A DNA stretch of 64,000 nt, from positions 1-64,000 of the forward strand of contig JAVLKG010000003.1 of NCBI GenBank assembly GCA_032128875.1, written 5' to 3'. Within the stretch, counting starts at the first letter, position 1. The number at the start of each line of letters is the position of its first letter. The translations under genes were made by a program, and so were the position numbers. This DNA is from Candidatus Melainabacteria bacterium 17Bon1m. GTDB lineage: Bacteria > Cyanobacteriota > Vampirovibrionia > Obscuribacterales > Obscuribacteraceae. The notes under the pieces were generated by a model. That model did not search any database. It saw only the letters and a list, made by a program, of their open reading frames with translations, and was not told where the DNA came from. Below, in pieces: positions 1-9,556 of the stretch.

Positions 1-69
1 CCCGAGGATTTGTCATCGTTTCTGCCGTGGAAAACAATCGAACCCGACCAGCTCCGCATGGTTCACTGA
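1..69 (+). CDS. 3' end of a gene entering the window (PEDLSSFLPWKTIEPDQLRMVH*)
   Basis: Frame 1 is open from the window edge to TGA at 67-69; too short to assign a product. Confidence 0.35.
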   Translation, partial: PEDLSSFLPWKTIEPDQLRMVH

Positions 70-172
70 GGTCATACACGGTTATCAATGAGCTGCTAGA
101 GTAAATAGTAGAAGCACTTCGAAAACAAAGGAGACTGAAAACCGGTTTCGACATTTACTGCCGAAGCGGTTT

Positions 173-1015
173 TCAGCTCATTTGCTTGTCCCAGGCGCCG
201 GTGTCGACCAGTTTTCTGAGAGCTTCCGGATGGTCGGTGAATAGACCCGCAGCGCCCCAATTAAGGAAGCGTCGCATGTCCTTTTCGTTGTTCACCGTCC
301 AGACGAACATTGGAATTCCGAGGCGTGCTGCGGCTTTAAGCGTGCGCTTACTCGAAACTGCCAGGCGATTGCGACGCGGAGGCATCTCAATCGCAAAGCC
401 GCGACGACGGAAGCGCCAGCCGAGACCGAGCTTGGCCATGGCGACAAACTTCACCAGCTCGGCACGAGTGTGCCCAGTCACGAGGTTGGGCTCGAGGCTG
501 CGCATCAACTTCGCCATCTTGGTTTTGATAGAGAAGAGTTCGATGCTCACCCGTTCAAGCGCTTTGAGGCGTCTGAGCGTGGCTACAACCTGCCGAACCA
601 TGCGAGTGGTGCCGACCTTTACTTCCAGCATCAAAAGCTGCTCAGGAAGCGCCAGAAGCACTTCTTCGAGCGTGGGCACGGTGATGCCCTGGCCTTTGAA
701 TGGAAAGGTTTTGCCGCCGTCCGGGGTGAAGGCAAAACCGGCATCGAGCGCCTTTATCTGCGCCAGAGTCAGTTCTGCGACAAGCCCCTTGCCGTTGGTT
801 GTACGGTCGACTGATGCATCGTGGATGACCACGACGTGCCCATCTTTGGTCATTCGCAAATCGAGCTCGACCAGGTCAGAGCCCAATGCGATCGCCCGAA
901 GAAAGGCAGGAAGAGTGTTTTCCGGATGTGAGCCGGAGGCGCCTCGGTGAGCAATCACCAGAGGACGCCCAGTGGCGGCTAGTCGCGCAAAGCGACCGCC
1001 TGTGTCAAAGGACAT
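173..1015 (-). CDS. Glycerophosphodiester phosphodiesterase (GDPD family)
   Basis: IAHRG, PENT, ELD, IHD and WTVN motifs; GAGGAGG RBS. Confidence 0.93.
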   Translation of the reverse strand: MSFDTGGRFARLAATGRPLVIAHRGASGSHPENTLPAFLRAIALGSDLVELDLRMTKDGHVVVIHDASVDRTTNGKGLVAELTLAQIKALDAGFAFTPDGGKTFPFKGQGITVPTLEEVLLALPEQLLMLEVKVGTTRMVRQVVATLRRLKALERVSIELFSIKTKMAKLMRSLEPNLVTGHTRAELVKFVAMAKLGLGWRFRRRGFAIEMPPRRNRLAVSSKRTLKAAARLGIPMFVWTVNNEKDMRRFLNWGAAGLFTDHPEALRKLVDTGAWDKQMS

Positions 1016-1099
1016 ACAGACCTCCTCAGGTCATTGCTTACGCAAGAATGGGAAGAAATGCATGTTTGAGTCCTGGAAAAAGACCCAAAAAGGTGCAAA

Positions 1100-1164
1100 A
1101 GCAGCCAGGGAAGGAGGTCGTTCCGGATTTTGAGTCCGGAGACGACCACCTGCCACAGGCTGCT
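1100..1164 (-). other. Long bulged hairpin downstream of the rhomboid gene
   Basis: agcagcc...ggtcgttccgga/tccggagacgacc...ggctgct inverted repeat. Confidence 0.6.
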
Positions 1165-1185
1165 GTTGCGAGATGATGCTGATCT

Positions 1186-1932
1186 TTAGCGGTTCTGCTC
1201 CGCGTCGTCTTCGTCGTCATTGTGCGGTTTCTCGACCGGGGGGCAGTCAGAGGGAACGTAGCACACTTCCGAAACGGGCGAGATCAGGCGCACGGCACCG
1301 CCAATGGCGAGACCGGCGATGAAGCCGCCAATGTGCGCCCAGTACGCGACGCCATCGCTGGCACCGGTAAGAACGCTCGAAAACTGCATGCCGATCCAGA
1401 ACAGGATGTACCAGTACGCGCGAATCTTCGCGGGCACAGGAACCAGTCCGGTGATTTCGGCTTTCGGCCAGAGAAGCAGATAGCCACCCAGCACGCCGGC
1501 GATGGCACCAGAAGCACCAAGGGTCGGCGCCATGCTGGCCGGGTCGGACCAGACATGGGCTAGAGCGGCGAAAATGCCACTGATCAGGTAGAACATGATG
1601 AACTTCCCGTGTCCCAGACGAGCTTCGAGAGCCCGACCGAAGACGAACAGGTAGAGCATGTTGCCGAGCAGGTGCATTGGACCTGACGGATCATGCAAGA
1701 ACATCGAGGTAAACATCGTCCCAACCGCTGCCGCAATGGCCGCTGGATCGCCGCTGGTGAACGCATTCATGAACGTAGCCGGAACCATCAGGTACGTCTG
1801 AATGAAATGCTGCGCGGAGCCGTTCGAAAGCGCGGAGAGTTCCAGGACATAGGCGACACAGTTGAGCGCGATAATCACGAAGGTTGCCCAGGGGAAGAGC
1901 AAGCACTTCAAATTGTCTTTCAGAGGAATCAT
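1186..1932 (-). CDS. Rhomboid family intramembrane serine protease
   Basis: MIPLKD N-terminus, HLLGNM, GASG (catalytic Ser), AHIGG (catalytic His), multiple TM segments. Confidence 0.95.
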   Translation of the reverse strand: MIPLKDNLKCLLFPWATFVIIALNCVAYVLELSALSNGSAQHFIQTYLMVPATFMNAFTSGDPAAIAAAVGTMFTSMFLHDPSGPMHLLGNMLYLFVFGRALEARLGHGKFIMFYLISGIFAALAHVWSDPASMAPTLGASGAIAGVLGGYLLLWPKAEITGLVPVPAKIRAYWYILFWIGMQFSSVLTGASDGVAYWAHIGGFIAGLAIGGAVRLISPVSEVCYVPSDCPPVEKPHNDDEDDAEQNR

Positions 1933-2761
1933 GGTTGTCCTCGCTATACTGCGGCGCTCTGAATCTTCAGAACGCTGCTTCGCTTATGGTTGAGAAAACG
2001 CGCGGGTGTGTCAGGTGCGCTAGAGTCCTGCGAGGAATCAGCATCACCGGCATATCCGTGACGAATGGGAACTGCTTAACTGCTCTGGGTTACTCACAAA
2101 CGTGTAGCGACTTTCATCCCGGCACCTTGAGTGCTGATGGGAGGGCATTCGGGACGAATGGAAAGTGCGAAGGTTGGTGGGTGACCTGTGGGACAGAGAA
2201 GAAAAGCAAGAGTTAAAAACTAAGTGATCAAGGGCAATGATTACAACAACATTTCGAGAGGTAGCGCGAAGAAGCCTATTGTTAAGGGCGCCGAAAAGCG
2301 CACAGAGATATGCTCTCGATAAGCACAAAATTGCTTGGCAACCGAGTTTTGCTGGGGATCTTGGATCTTGAGGCATTGCGCGGCTGTTTCATACTGACAA
2401 CAAGTATTCGGCTTGTGCCGAAAATGTGCCAGGCGGCGCGGATGTCAGTATGTGCGAGCGAGATGCCAATGTGTGTGGTCTCGGTTGTCAATCGCGCGTG
2501 GTGAGAGGACCATAACTCGATGGAGTTGAACTTGGCTGTTCATCTCGATTAGGTTATTGCCTCTTGTTTCTGTGCTTCTGACTCTTCCTCGCTCCTCACC
2601 ACTTCACTCTCTCCCCTGCTCAAATAAACGTTTTCCCTGATGTGAAGCCAGTCGGCATCATCTCGGGAAAAATTGTTTTGAGCGGAAGAAGGGGTGTCGA
2701 ACATATACCAGTATGCAGAAAAGCCGCATGCGGACTATCTGCTAGACAGGTGGAGTACTAA

Positions 2762-4378
2762 ATGAACAAACGCGATCTGAAGCGCTTGGCCAAGACCGGC
2801 CAGGCTCTCACCAGCATGCAAATCCTCGGCTCGGCTAAGCAAGTTACCGGCTCAATGATGTACTTCGAGCACACCACTCGAGAGCGCACCACCCGGTTCT
2901 TGCTCGATGTCGGTTTGACCGTGGAGAACGAAAAGGCGGATTTCCAAAACCGTCTTCCTTCAGGGGTTACGCCGGCTGATATCGATTTCATCATCATCAG
3001 CCACGCGCACATCGACCACTCCGGTTTCCTCCCCCGGCTGACCAAGCTGGGCTTCAAGGGACCGGTTTACATGACCGATGCGACGGCCGACCTCCTGGAC
3101 ATCATGCTGCCCGACTCCGGCTTCCTCCAGGAAGAGGCTGCTCGCAAGAACTGCGCGCGTGCCGCTCGCCAGAAGGAGAAATTGGAGGGTGCCACCGCAT
3201 CCGGTGACAAGCATTCCGTCAGCGAAAAGCCCCGCCGCCGCAGCCGCAGCAAGGCTGCGATTTGCAGCGAGCCGCTCTACACCCAGGCTGACGCCAAGGA
3301 AAGCTTGACTTGCATCAAGCGTGGCATGAAGCTCGACACGCGTTACGAACTGGCGCCGGAAATCGCTGTGCGATTCACCGAAGCCGGTCACATCCTCGGC
3401 GCTGCTGTCGTCACGCTGGAACTCGGCGCTGGCGCCAAGAAGCGCACTTTCTGCTTCACCGGCAATATCGGCAAGACCGAAATGCCGCTCCTTCAGTCCA
3501 TCGCCGCCGTGCGCAGTGCCGATTACGTCATGTCCGAATCGACTTACGGCAATCGCGTGCATGCTGAGCGCGACCGGTTCGAGGTTCTTGCCGGCATCCT
3601 CAACCGCGCCATCGAGCGCGCCAAGGTGCCGAGCCCCAAGCACGGCTATGGCGTGATTCTGATCCCGGCTTTCGCCGTTGGTCGCGGTCAGGTTCTTCTT
3701 GCGGACATCCGGCAGTTGATGGAAGAGAAGCGCATCCCGCGCATCAAGGTCTTCGTCGATAGTCCGATGATGATTCGCTCGACCGAAGTGCACCGCAAGC
3801 ACAAGGAGTTGCTGAATGCCGAGACCCAGGAGCTGTTCGCTCAGGGTGTCGACCCGTTCCGCACTCCCCTGCAGAAGGAGACGATGGAGCGCGCTGACTC
3901 TCAGGCGCTCGATGAAGCCCAGAATGAGCCGGTGATCATCATCGGCTCGTCCGGCATGGCTTCCGGTGGGCGCATCGTCAACCACCTGAAGGCTCGTCTG
4001 TCCGGTCGCCAGAACACTGTCGTGTTCGTCGGCTACCAGGGCACCGGGACGCTGGGCAACCAGCTGATCGGCAAGGATGCGCGACGCAACGTCAACGGCA
4101 CGACTATCGAATCGGCTACGCAGAACGTGCGCACTGTGCGCATCTACGGCGAGCCGGTCAAGGTCTATGCCACCATCGAGTTTATGTCGGACTACTCCGC
4201 TCACGGAGACGTCAACGACATTCTCGGATGGATGAGCAAATTCCAGCGCAAGCCCAAGCAGGTCTTCCTCGTTCACGGTGACGATGAAGCTCTCGATGGG
4301 CTGAAACAGGCGATCGAAACTCGTCTGCGCTGGGAAGTGACCGTGCCCAAGGCGCGGGACAAGTTCATCCTCGATTAA
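2762..4378 (+). CDS. MBL-fold beta-CASP ribonuclease-like protein
   Basis: HAHIDH, GHILG, ESTYG, PAFAVGR, SAH and VHG motifs; motif 4 reads GNIG rather than GDxG. Confidence 0.9.
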   Translation: MNKRDLKRLAKTGQALTSMQILGSAKQVTGSMMYFEHTTRERTTRFLLDVGLTVENEKADFQNRLPSGVTPADIDFIIISHAHIDHSGFLPRLTKLGFKGPVYMTDATADLLDIMLPDSGFLQEEAARKNCARAARQKEKLEGATASGDKHSVSEKPRRRSRSKAAICSEPLYTQADAKESLTCIKRGMKLDTRYELAPEIAVRFTEAGHILGAAVVTLELGAGAKKRTFCFTGNIGKTEMPLLQSIAAVRSADYVMSESTYGNRVHAERDRFEVLAGILNRAIERAKVPSPKHGYGVILIPAFAVGRGQVLLADIRQLMEEKRIPRIKVFVDSPMMIRSTEVHRKHKELLNAETQELFAQGVDPFRTPLQKETMERADSQALDEAQNEPVIIIGSSGMASGGRIVNHLKARLSGRQNTVVFVGYQGTGTLGNQLIGKDARRNVNGTTIESATQNVRTVRIYGEPVKVYATIEFMSDYSAHGDVNDILGWMSKFQRKPKQVFLVHGDDEALDGLKQAIETRLRWEVTVPKARDKFILD

Positions 4379-4388
4379 ACGAAATCCC

Positions 4389-4440
4389 GTAGGGGCGGCA
4401 TTAATGCCGCCCTGTCAGGGAGCCGCATGCGGCTCCCTAC
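4389..4440. repeat. GTAG-type REP doublet
   Basis: gtaggggcggcattaatgccgccct + gtca + gggagccgcatgcggctccctac; related copies at 39420 and 51187. Confidence 0.8.
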
Positions 4441-4500
4441 GGGGTTTTATGGGAAACTCGCAGGTGTGTTTTTCGCGCTTGCGCTCATGGAGTTAAAACC

Positions 4501-4767
4501 ATGAAGTTCGGAAACGTCCTTTTGATATGGTTTTTGCTGATTCTTTCCGGCTTCGGCGTTATGTTCGCCGGTTGGGGATTGGCATTTACTTTCGCCTCCA
4601 GCATCTTTGTGCCGTGGCTTGGGTTCGTCACACCCGAATACCACAACCTGGCTACGTTCATAAGCGCCATTCTGTTTAACGGCCTGGGCACAGCACTTGT
4701 CTTGCTGACCCTCGTCGCTCTCGGATTCGGCGCAACCGCGGCTTACCGTTTCTTCAAGCGGAAGTAA
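4501..4767 (+). CDS. Small membrane protein
   Basis: 88 aa with 2-3 hydrophobic segments, basic C-terminus, GGAG RBS. Confidence 0.7.
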   Translation: MKFGNVLLIWFLLILSGFGVMFAGWGLAFTFASSIFVPWLGFVTPEYHNLATFISAILFNGLGTALVLLTLVALGFGATAAYRFFKRK

Positions 4768-5244
4768 AGCAACTTGAGAGTCCTCGTTGGTGCTTGCGCA
4801 AGCATTCATCTTCGGGGACTTCTCTTTGAGCATCGCTATACTACGCCATGTGGCAGGTATGCCGAAGAACGGCTGAAGGTGACGATCAACCAGCCCAAGC
4901 ACCTCCTAGTCCGCAGGCTTGCGGAGGAAGAGGTCCAATTCCTTATCGCAAGCCGCGCCACCAATACTTCAGGATTAGTCCTTGGAAAACGGCATGGCAA
5001 CTGCGTTTGCTGCGCTATTGAAAAATTTTGGCGCTTCTTACTAAGGTTCGGTCATCTGCATGTTTTCAATCAATTTTTCAGGAGCAACGCCCGGCGCAAC
5101 CGCAAACACCACGAGTTCACCATCTCAGCAACATTTCTAACTGCCGACAACAGTCGATGAAACATCGGTCTTTCGCAACGGCGAAAAACCTTTCCCTGCG
5201 CATTTAACAAGCAGCACTAACTCTCGAAGTCAAGGAGAAATGCT

Positions 5245-5910
5245 ATGACCATCATCAGCCCTACCGATCCTCGCATCACCGCTAAGCCGGTGTATGCAGA
5301 TGAGGAGATCAACAATCCGACCTTTGAATTGGCGCGCTTCGACGACACGGTCTTTTCGAGTGACGTGGTGAGCGAGCTTCTCGTCATTTCCACCTACAGC
5401 GACGTTGAGGAAAAAGGCTGGGTTTCCCGATGGGATGCCAAGCTCGGCGGACTGATCGCCAAGAGTTTCCGCGATGAAAAATTCGCCTCCAACCTTGGCG
5501 ATCATCTTCTTGTGGACGCCACCGATGCTGTCGGTGCTGCCGCTAAGAAGTATATTCTTGTCGTCGGCCTCGGTTCGATCGGCGCCCAGAAGGGCAGCAT
5601 TTCGTGTGGGCTCTACAAGTTTGCGCTCGAAACAGCCGAAAAGCTCCAAGCCGAGCGGCTGCTCTTGCCGTTTTTCCCGGATCGCTCGAAGCTGTCCTTG
5701 ATTGCCGTCAACGGTTCGATCGCCGTATTGCGTTGCAGGGTCGGCGAATCGATGTTGCGCGGAAAGATCAAGTCCTTGAAAACGATCAAGCTTCTTGTTT
5801 CCGGGCAGGCGTCCAATGCTGCTTTGCGCGGCTTGTCGAGCCGTACCGAAGCCTTCTGTGTTCCGTGTCCGGAGCCGTCGATCGTGAAGGAGGAAGTCAC
5901 TTCCGAGTAA
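5245..5910 (+). CDS. Standalone M17 leucyl aminopeptidase N-terminal-like domain protein
   Basis: DAKLGGLI...F...GD.LL...ILVVGLG pattern; no NTDAEGR catalytic domain; AAGGAG RBS. Confidence 0.7.
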   Translation: MTIISPTDPRITAKPVYADEEINNPTFELARFDDTVFSSDVVSELLVISTYSDVEEKGWVSRWDAKLGGLIAKSFRDEKFASNLGDHLLVDATDAVGAAAKKYILVVGLGSIGAQKGSISCGLYKFALETAEKLQAERLLLPFFPDRSKLSLIAVNGSIAVLRCRVGESMLRGKIKSLKTIKLLVSGQASNAALRGLSSRTEAFCVPCPEPSIVKEEVTSE

Positions 5911-6032
5911 ATCGTTCTTTAGTTTGATGGCGCGGTTCGCGTTATCGATTCCTGCGGACTAGTCCCAACGATATCGGAGGAAAGCTCGCTCGCATGCGGC
6001 TTTCTTCCGCCCCTAGAAAACGGAGAATTACC

Positions 6033-6626
6033 ATGGCTCGCAAGACCAACATCACTGACATCGACAACATCAATCTTCAGCAGATTCGCCTTTCGGCTTT
6101 GAATCTGCAGCTTCGTTCGCTGCGCTTCCAGGCGAGGGCTCTCGACTCTATCAGTGCAGAGCACACCGCCGGCATCAATCTGGGCACGAGTCGTTACTAC
6201 GACTATCTCGACAGGACTGTGGGTGTCTTTGTGACTCGCGTCAAGGAGTTCTTGACCGTCGCCGATACCATGCCCGCAGCTGAGGCGTGCAGCTGGATTG
6301 CTTCGATGGCGGCATGGAAGACCACCATCATCGGTCAAGCGGCGGAGGAGGAGACGTTCCAGTCTTCGCTGGCAGTGGCTCGCGTGAAAGCGGACATCGC
6401 CGGGCGTCCTGTTTCCCCGCTGGACGAGATTCCGAGTGACTTCATTGCACAGGAAGTGAAGGCGCACAGCTTCTGTCTGACGGCCGAAAAGGCGCAGTTG
6501 AAGACCTTCTCTATGCAGGTTGCTGCCACTTGCAATCTGGGCATGGAGATCATTCTGACTGCGGCGTCGGAAGCCGGCAAGAAGCGCGATGCGGCAGCCG
6601 CGGCGAAAGGAGCCAGTGCGAAGTAA
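6033..6626 (+). CDS. Hypothetical alpha-helical protein
   Basis: GGAG RBS before ATG 6033; coding-like codon use; hairpin follows. Confidence 0.75.
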   Translation: MARKTNITDIDNINLQQIRLSALNLQLRSLRFQARALDSISAEHTAGINLGTSRYYDYLDRTVGVFVTRVKEFLTVADTMPAAEACSWIASMAAWKTTIIGQAAEEETFQSSLAVARVKADIAGRPVSPLDEIPSDFIAQEVKAHSFCLTAEKAQLKTFSMQVAATCNLGMEIILTAASEAGKKRDAAAAAKGASAK

Positions 6627-6682
6627 GTTGAACTAGGGACAAGTAGGTCCATTAGCTTCAAGTAGGTCCAAGTAGCTTGTTC

Positions 6683-6730
6683 GAAAGAAGGCAGGAGCAC
6701 TCGATATTGAGTGCCACCCTGCCTTCTTTC
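6683..6730 (+). terminator. Long hairpin, probable terminator
   Basis: gaaagaaggcagg...cctgccttctttc inverted repeat. Confidence 0.7.
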
Positions 6731-7348
6731 ACTTCTGCCGGCTCTTACTATCTCGTGTAAGAGTGTGGCGATGGTGGCACGGATACTTGGATGATGTTTT
6801 CAAAGCAAGTTTGTTGTCGCTGATATTTTTCTGTCACTTTTACTTGTGAAACGCGGCTCAGAATGCGCTTTTGGCTGAAACAAGTTTGCAACAATACCTC
6901 ACGTGAATTGCGTGCGAGTCTTGACGAGTTAGCGCTTCGCTAGCTCTCGTTTGGTTCTTATTTGGGCCTTTCGAGGTTAAAAGTAAATATAACTAGCAGC
7001 TGAAAAAGCTCATTGCACTCAGTGCTTAACGCAAAAGCATGCTCTTTGTACGATTTCTAGGCTTTCCGCGCGCCTGAATTTCATTTTTTCTACGTTGTTC
7101 AGAATACGTTGTGTAAACGCTTTTCTGGAGTCTCTTCTTAGGCACTTGCTAGGTTCAATGTGACCTTCCGTATCCTCTCCAGAACTTTACCCATCCGAAA
7201 AAACAGAATCTGAGCTTTGCCACGCGCACCAGCTATAACTTCGTCCCCGACGAGGTCAAAGCACAACACCTTCAGACTTCTGAAGGACGGCTGCGGAAGG
7301 TTCACGGCCTGTTGGCTGTGGCAAAGCTCTCAAACAGAGGATTTCCAT

Positions 7349-8905
7349 ATGTCGAACGACCCCAATCTTAACGGAGAAAGCGCCGGTGGCTTGCCCGCCG
7401 ACAACTCCTCCGGTGATCGTGTCGCGAAGGTCTCACTGACGAAGGAACCCGGAACAACGATGCCCTCAGGCGCCGGTTCCGCACCCGTCAAGGAGCGCCC
7501 CAGCTTCGGAAAGCGCCTCAAACGCTGGTCGCTGATCGCCCTGTGCTCGCTGCTCGGATATGTCCTTGTCGCGGCAATCGCGCATCCGCTTCTGGTTCTT
7601 GCCTGGAAGTATCTGCCCATCATCGTCGCCGTGGCGCTCATCCCCGCCGGCATCTTCGGTGTCCGCGCGCTCGCAAAGCGCAACAAGGCGCCGTCGCGAA
7701 AAGTGCTTACAATCACGTCACTCGCCTATCTTGCCGTGCTCGGCTGGGTGGTGACAGCGAACATCTCGCAGACGATCATTCAGTGGCAGATGGCATCTTC
7801 GCTCGATCCGATTGCGATCGACCAGTTGCCCAACACCCGCGACAACCGCATCGTCGTTCGCTCGACGGCTGCGAAGTACGTGAAGAACTCCATCACCGAC
7901 AACCGTCTGGTTGGCAAACAGCCGCACATGGTGCGTGAAGTTGGGCAGGACGGCAAGGTCGTGATGTGGTGGCAGTCGCCGCTCGCATACGATGTCTGGT
8001 ACGGCACGCCCTTCGGCAGTGTCCACAGCGTCGTGCGCGTCAATGCAGAAGAGCCCAACATGAACGTCGACGTGGCGGCGGGCAAGAATGCCTTCTTCCT
8101 CTTCGGCGATGACTCTTGGGTCACCGAGCTGCTCTTCCGCATCCGCCATCCGTTTTCGGAGCGCGGGGAAACGGTGTATTGGCAGAAGGAAAACGGCGAG
8201 TGGAGCATGCTCATCTCGTCCACTTCCTATCGACCGACCTGGACTCTGACCATGGTGCCGACTCTTTCGAGCGTCATGGAAGTCGGCCCATCCGGGCTCT
8301 TCACCAACTATTCGCGTGCCGAAGCGGCGGAGAAATTCGAGGGTGCTGCTCTCTATCCGCCGGCGCTTGCGCGTAGCTACGCTGAGGCGTATGCCACTTA
8401 CCATCGCGGTCTGCTCAATCCTGTGACGTCGCAGCTCGAACTTTTCGGGATCAGCGAGCCGCCGTATGACGCGCAGAAGTCGGAAGCTAACCGCTTCCCG
8501 TACTACCAGGACTTCGAGAAGCTCGGTCTCGAGCTCATCATCGGTCTGGAGCCGAAGGGTGGCTCACTTACTCGCGTGCTCTTCTTCGACGCCGTCAGCG
8601 GTCGCGCCAGTGTCTATGCGGTGCCGGATGCCATGCGCATCAACGGACCGAGCAAGGCGCTCGCCAACGTCCACAATGCTGACCCCAGCGCCGACTGGTC
8701 GCAGTACGAGGAAGCCGAGCCGCGCCTGGTAAACGGCAAAGCCGGCACCTTCTGGCTGGTCACCGTCGTTCGCGGCGATCCGTCCAGCCGTGCTTTCGTG
8801 ATGCTCGTTGCGGTCGATGCCTACAGTCTGAAGGCGCACCGCTTCGGCGACGTCGAGAGCTTCAAGACGTTTCTCAGCACCGCTCCTGCTGCCGGTCCCC
8901 GGTGA
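7349..8905 (+). CDS. Hypothetical membrane protein (about 3 N-terminal TMs plus large soluble domain)
   Basis: AGAGG RBS before ATG 7349; hydrophobic segments near the N-terminus; strong C/G-ending codon bias. Confidence 0.85.
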   Translation: MSNDPNLNGESAGGLPADNSSGDRVAKVSLTKEPGTTMPSGAGSAPVKERPSFGKRLKRWSLIALCSLLGYVLVAAIAHPLLVLAWKYLPIIVAVALIPAGIFGVRALAKRNKAPSRKVLTITSLAYLAVLGWVVTANISQTIIQWQMASSLDPIAIDQLPNTRDNRIVVRSTAAKYVKNSITDNRLVGKQPHMVREVGQDGKVVMWWQSPLAYDVWYGTPFGSVHSVVRVNAEEPNMNVDVAAGKNAFFLFGDDSWVTELLFRIRHPFSERGETVYWQKENGEWSMLISSTSYRPTWTLTMVPTLSSVMEVGPSGLFTNYSRAEAAEKFEGAALYPPALARSYAEAYATYHRGLLNPVTSQLELFGISEPPYDAQKSEANRFPYYQDFEKLGLELIIGLEPKGGSLTRVLFFDAVSGRASVYAVPDAMRINGPSKALANVHNADPSADWSQYEEAEPRLVNGKAGTFWLVTVVRGDPSSRAFVMLVAVDAYSLKAHRFGDVESFKTFLSTAPAAGPR

Positions 8906-9059
8906 CAGCGGTGTCGGATGCATGACGTAGTGCATCCTAGGAGAGAAGGTCTCCATAGTCCTTTTCGACAGGGTTAGAATCCGAAAACTGCCGTAGGGGA
9001 GGCGCCTTGCCTTCCCTACGGCTGCTTCGGTGCGGCTTTCGTCGGTTTGGAAGTGCAAC

Positions 9060-9455
9060 ATGGAACTGCTTACTATTTTTGACTTCGAGGGAGTTTGGGT
9101 GTTGGTCGGGCTTGTCGCGCTTGTGGCTTTGATTCTCGCTTTCGCTTATCGGCGCGAACGTCTGCAAGGTGGCGATGATCATTGGGAGCGCCAGCGCAGA
9201 ATACTCGGCGTCAAGCCTGGTGTTGGCACGCACAATCGACGGCGCGCGGTGCCTCAACAAGTTTTTCCCAAGCGCTGCCCTCGTGGTGTCTGCACCACCC
9301 CCGGTGCCAGTTGCCCGCAGGAATGTGTGGAAAAACCACTGGTTAAACGCCTTGCCGATGGGCGTGTTGTTCATGAATACGACAATCTCGAGGTTTGCTT
9401 TGGTCCGGGCAACAGAATTCTGGAACTGAAGGTTGACGGCAAAGTCTGGTTGTAA
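9060..9455 (+). CDS. Hypothetical single-TM protein with Cys cluster
   Basis: N-terminal TM; CPRGVCTTPGASCPQEC. Confidence 0.65.
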   Translation: MELLTIFDFEGVWVLVGLVALVALILAFAYRRERLQGGDDHWERQRRILGVKPGVGTHNRRRAVPQQVFPKRCPRGVCTTPGASCPQECVEKPLVKRLADGRVVHEYDNLEVCFGPGNRILELKVDGKVWL

Positions 9456-9556
9456 GCTTCGCTTGCAGTTCGGTTTGCCTCTGGCTTTACGTTTGGCGAG
9501 CCAAACCCTCGCGTCTCAACGTTCGCAACAGTGGGCACGAAGCCCACAAGGAATTT

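Noticed and set aside
1-90. FLPW ending reminiscent of an IS66 transposase C-terminus
   Set aside because: Only 22 codons visible and no clear IS66 terminal repeat (…TTAC) follows
5011-5041. GCGCTA...YTCTTA bipartite promoter (also near 55800 and 56210)
   Set aside because: Spacer varies from 10 to 17 nt, too variable for a sigma-factor promoter
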